A program made the translations under genes and the position numbers. Positions 24,347 through 26,445 of a stretch of 26,445 nucleotides of DNA are shown here, piece by piece. Position 1 is the stretch's first letter, and each line of letters starts with the position of its first letter. This DNA comes from a virus (Duplodnaviria > Caudoviricetes), in the IMG/VR virus record IMGVR_UViG_3300005077_000093, positions 1 through 26,445 of that record, one strand, 5' to 3'. The notes under the pieces are model-generated. The model worked only from the letters and a program-made list of their open reading frames with translations. It was not told where the DNA came from and searched no databases.

Positions 24347-25273
24347 ATGACACTACCAGTATCCGGTGCAATTTCATTTAACAACATCAACGTAGAGCTT
24401 GGTGTTTCTGGGACTACTCAGGCATCTTTGGGCCAGTCATCGTATCGTACTCTGGCAGGCGTTCCGTCGGGCGCAATCTCGATGAGTAACTTTTACGGCA
24501 AAGCCAACCAATTTGCGTTCACTATCTCCAGCAACCAGACAAACGCAAACCTGCGCACCTTAGCCATCAATGCCGGCTGGAACCAATCAAGCAAGGTAGC
24601 TGCCACAATTGGCCCCGGTGTTTATATCAGCAGCAATAGCACGGGCACTCCAGCGCTGACTGTCAATGGCTCTTTCCCCGGCGGCGTGGAGCTGGTCAAC
24701 AACGGCTATATCGTTGGAATGGGCGGCAACGGCGGCGCCGGAGCAAGCCGTTATGGTTATGGCGACGGCTCCGCCGGAGCGTCTGGCGGTTTAGCTCTTT
24801 CTGTTTCTGTGGCAATCACAATCAACAACGCTTCTGGGGTTATCGGGGGTGGTGGCGGAGGCGGTGGTGGTGGGGGCTGGTCGTCCATTTATTACGGTAA
24901 AAATAATGCGCGAGCAGCAAGTGGGTCTGGGGGCGGAGGCGGCCGAAGCAGTGCCGCAGCAAACTCCTCCGGGGGCGCTGGGGGGGCGCCTTATCCTATT
25001 TCGGGCGGCATGTCAGATGCAGGTAACGCCGGCGGTACCGGTACTGTGTCTGCTGCTGGGGGTGGCGGCAGCGGCGCAGGATCTACCGATGCTCGCGGCG
25101 GGGTCGGTGGGTCTGGCGGTGGCTGGGGCGCTGCCGGTTCTGCTGGCGGATCGGGGACCGGTCTAGATAGGAATGGTCCCGGCTTTAGTGCTGGTGCCGG
25201 AGGGGGCGCCGTAGCGGGGAATGCGTCTATCACATGGATCTCTACAGGTACACGATATGGGGGTATTTCTTGA
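24347..25273 (+). CDS. Glycine-rich adhesin, T-even gp38-like (polyglycine II sandwich)
   Basis: GAGGAG RBS; LVNNGYIVGMGGNGG and INNASGVIGGGGGGGGGG resemble gp38 glycine-rich motifs; follows the fibre genes. Confidence 0.75.
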   Translation: MTLPVSGAISFNNINVELGVSGTTQASLGQSSYRTLAGVPSGAISMSNFYGKANQFAFTISSNQTNANLRTLAINAGWNQSSKVAATIGPGVYISSNSTGTPALTVNGSFPGGVELVNNGYIVGMGGNGGAGASRYGYGDGSAGASGGLALSVSVAITINNASGVIGGGGGGGGGGGWSSIYYGKNNARAASGSGGGGGRSSAAANSSGGAGGAPYPISGGMSDAGNAGGTGTVSAAGGGGSGAGSTDARGGVGGSGGGWGAAGSAGGSGTGLDRNGPGFSAGAGGGAVAGNASITWISTGTRYGGIS

Positions 25274-25335
25274 TGGAGTACAAAATTGTTTCTGCGAATA
25301 GAACCACCGGCGATCGTTACGGTTCAATTTCTTAA
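25273..25335 (+). pseudogene. 20-codon gene remnant
   Basis: TGATG-coupled MEYKIVSANRTTGDRYGSIS*. Confidence 0.5.
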
Positions 25336-25346
25336 AGAGGTAAAAA

Positions 25347-25748
25347 ATGAGCATTCAATATACATACGAAATCGTTGCCGTCAACGAAGCGGCCCGTGTC
25401 ATGGAAGTTGTTTACACAGCAGAAGGACACCCTACACAACACATCAGCGCACGACTGCCTTATGTAGGAGAGTCTCTTGAACGGGTTATCCACATGTACT
25501 CACCTGTTGTGCTATGGGATGAAAGAACAAAAGAAGTGTTTGTTCCAGAAGTAGGCGTTTCTGGTCAGATTGACCCAAGCACCCCTGCTAAAGTATTAGA
25601 ACTTCAAGAAACGGACGAGCAAAAGCAAGAACGGCTTAACCTAGAAATGTGGAAACAAGTTGAATTTGAAAAAGAAGTAGCCAAAGTGCTCGTCAAATTT
25701 GGCGTATTGCAATCCAACCCAACAACTATTGAGGTTACACAAATATGA
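25347..25748 (+). CDS. Hypothetical protein, possibly tail fibre assembly
   Basis: GAGGT RBS; follows the adhesin; function inferred from position only. Confidence 0.7.
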   Translation: MSIQYTYEIVAVNEAARVMEVVYTAEGHPTQHISARLPYVGESLERVIHMYSPVVLWDERTKEVFVPEVGVSGQIDPSTPAKVLELQETDEQKQERLNLEMWKQVEFEKEVAKVLVKFGVLQSNPTTIEVTQI

Positions 25749-26104
25749 GCTATCCAGATACAAAAATGACTTGCGTAAGCAACCTTTGGCTGCGTCAAAT
25801 GCACTTCAAAAACAAAGGAGACAGAAACGAAGGGCATGTACATAACTTCGACCACATCACATTGTTGGCTAAAGGCAGCGTCGATGTTGATGTAGAAGGT
25901 CATGTTACTTCTTTTGTAGCCCCTCACATGATTTACATTTCAAAAGGAAAACGGCACTTTTTGATCGCCAAAGAACCCGACACGGTTGCCTACTGCGTTC
26001 ATGCCTTGCGAACTGGTGAGCGGGAGGAAGACATACTTGACCCCGCGATGATTCCAAAAGGTGTCGACAATCCGCTTGCCAGCGGTCTGGCGCGGGCTTT
26101 GTAA
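25745..26104 (+). CDS. Cupin-fold protein
   Basis: GHVHNFDHITLL.KGSV motif 1 and APHMIYI.KGKRH motif 2. Confidence 0.85.
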   Translation: MSYPDTKMTCVSNLWLRQMHFKNKGDRNEGHVHNFDHITLLAKGSVDVDVEGHVTSFVAPHMIYISKGKRHFLIAKEPDTVAYCVHALRTGEREEDILDPAMIPKGVDNPLASGLARAL

Positions 26105-26109
26105 TCAAC

Positions 26110-26265
26110 ATGACACCAGAACATCAAGCAACCTCAACGCAGTCTTTTCGGGTTAGTCCAGTAAGAAACTCATTAGTTTATTTTCCAGCCAATATGTTTC
26201 ATGCCAAACGCCCACCTAAAGAATACCCTATACGTTGCGTCGTAAACTTAAACTTTTATATTTAA
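26110..26265 (+). pseudogene. C-terminal remnant of a 2OG-Fe(II) oxygenase-like gene
   Basis: Not in the ORF track. MTPEHQATSTQSFRVSPVRNSLVYFPANMFHAKRPPKEYPIRCVVNLNFYI*: has the distal His and Arg but no HxD. Confidence 0.55.
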
Positions 26266-26284
26266 AAATTCGGAGTAATTCTAA

Positions 26285-26445
26285 ATGAAACGCTTAGCAC
26301 TACTGGCACTGCTCCCACTTTGCGTAGTAGCACAAGATACCACGATCAACTATAAGGGGCAGCCTCCACCTACGGCCATGGCGCCGTCTGTGTCTGCGAT
26401 GGGTAACGACATCTGTGCGCTGCCTGTGACTGGGGCTATCTCGTC
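26285..26445 (+). CDS. Signal-peptide-bearing hypothetical protein, partial
   Basis: GGAG RBS; MKRLALLALLPLCVVAQDTTINYKGQPPPTAMAPSVSAMGNDIC... open to the edge. Confidence 0.75.
   Translation, partial: MKRLALLALLPLCVVAQDTTINYKGQPPPTAMAPSVSAMGNDICALPVTGAIS

Noticed and set aside
17758-25273. Diversity-generating retroelement or invertible tail-fibre cassette
   Set aside because: The repeats are in-frame direct duplications differing mainly at synonymous sites, not adenine-specific. No reverse transcriptase or invertase is in the window.
3269-25354. Many minus-strand ORFs in the track (e.g. 10198..10974, 19480..20319, 22146..22814)
   Set aside because: They are antisense shadows of well-supported plus-strand genes with biased codons, and show no RBS or recognisable motifs. 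Only the GNAT and HNH are accepted on the minus strand here.
1-26445. tRNA, rRNA, integrase or IS elements
   Set aside because: No cloverleaf/T-loop signature, recombinase or transposase motif was recognised by eye. A tRNAscan run would be needed to exclude tRNAs formally.

Overview
This is a 26.4 kb piece of a tailed dsDNA phage genome (Caudoviricetes, podovirus-like morphogenesis module), resembling uncultured freshwater phages. The host cannot be determined from the sequence. Positions 1-2410 hold small minus-strand 'early' genes, separated by four related GGGGT-N6/7-ACCCC palindromes and an AT-rich, origin-like segment. After a divergent control region (2410-2900), a long plus-strand block runs through terS, terL, portal, GroES, scaffold, decoration protein, major capsid, a cluster of Lys-rich proteins, two adaptor-like proteins, a tail fibre with an S74 chaperone, a second fibre, a gp38-like polyglycine adhesin and a cupin. 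The most notable region is 11107-12420. It is an insert carrying an acidic protein gene and a GNAT-HNH pair, and both transcription units are preceded by Pho-box-like 11-bp-period repeats. One box overlaps the -35 of a divergent sigma70 promoter. That promoter drives a compact double-pseudoknot RNA leader with three CAGAC motifs, probably the Mu-gpT-DE motif. All calls come from reading the sequence by eye; no database searches were run.
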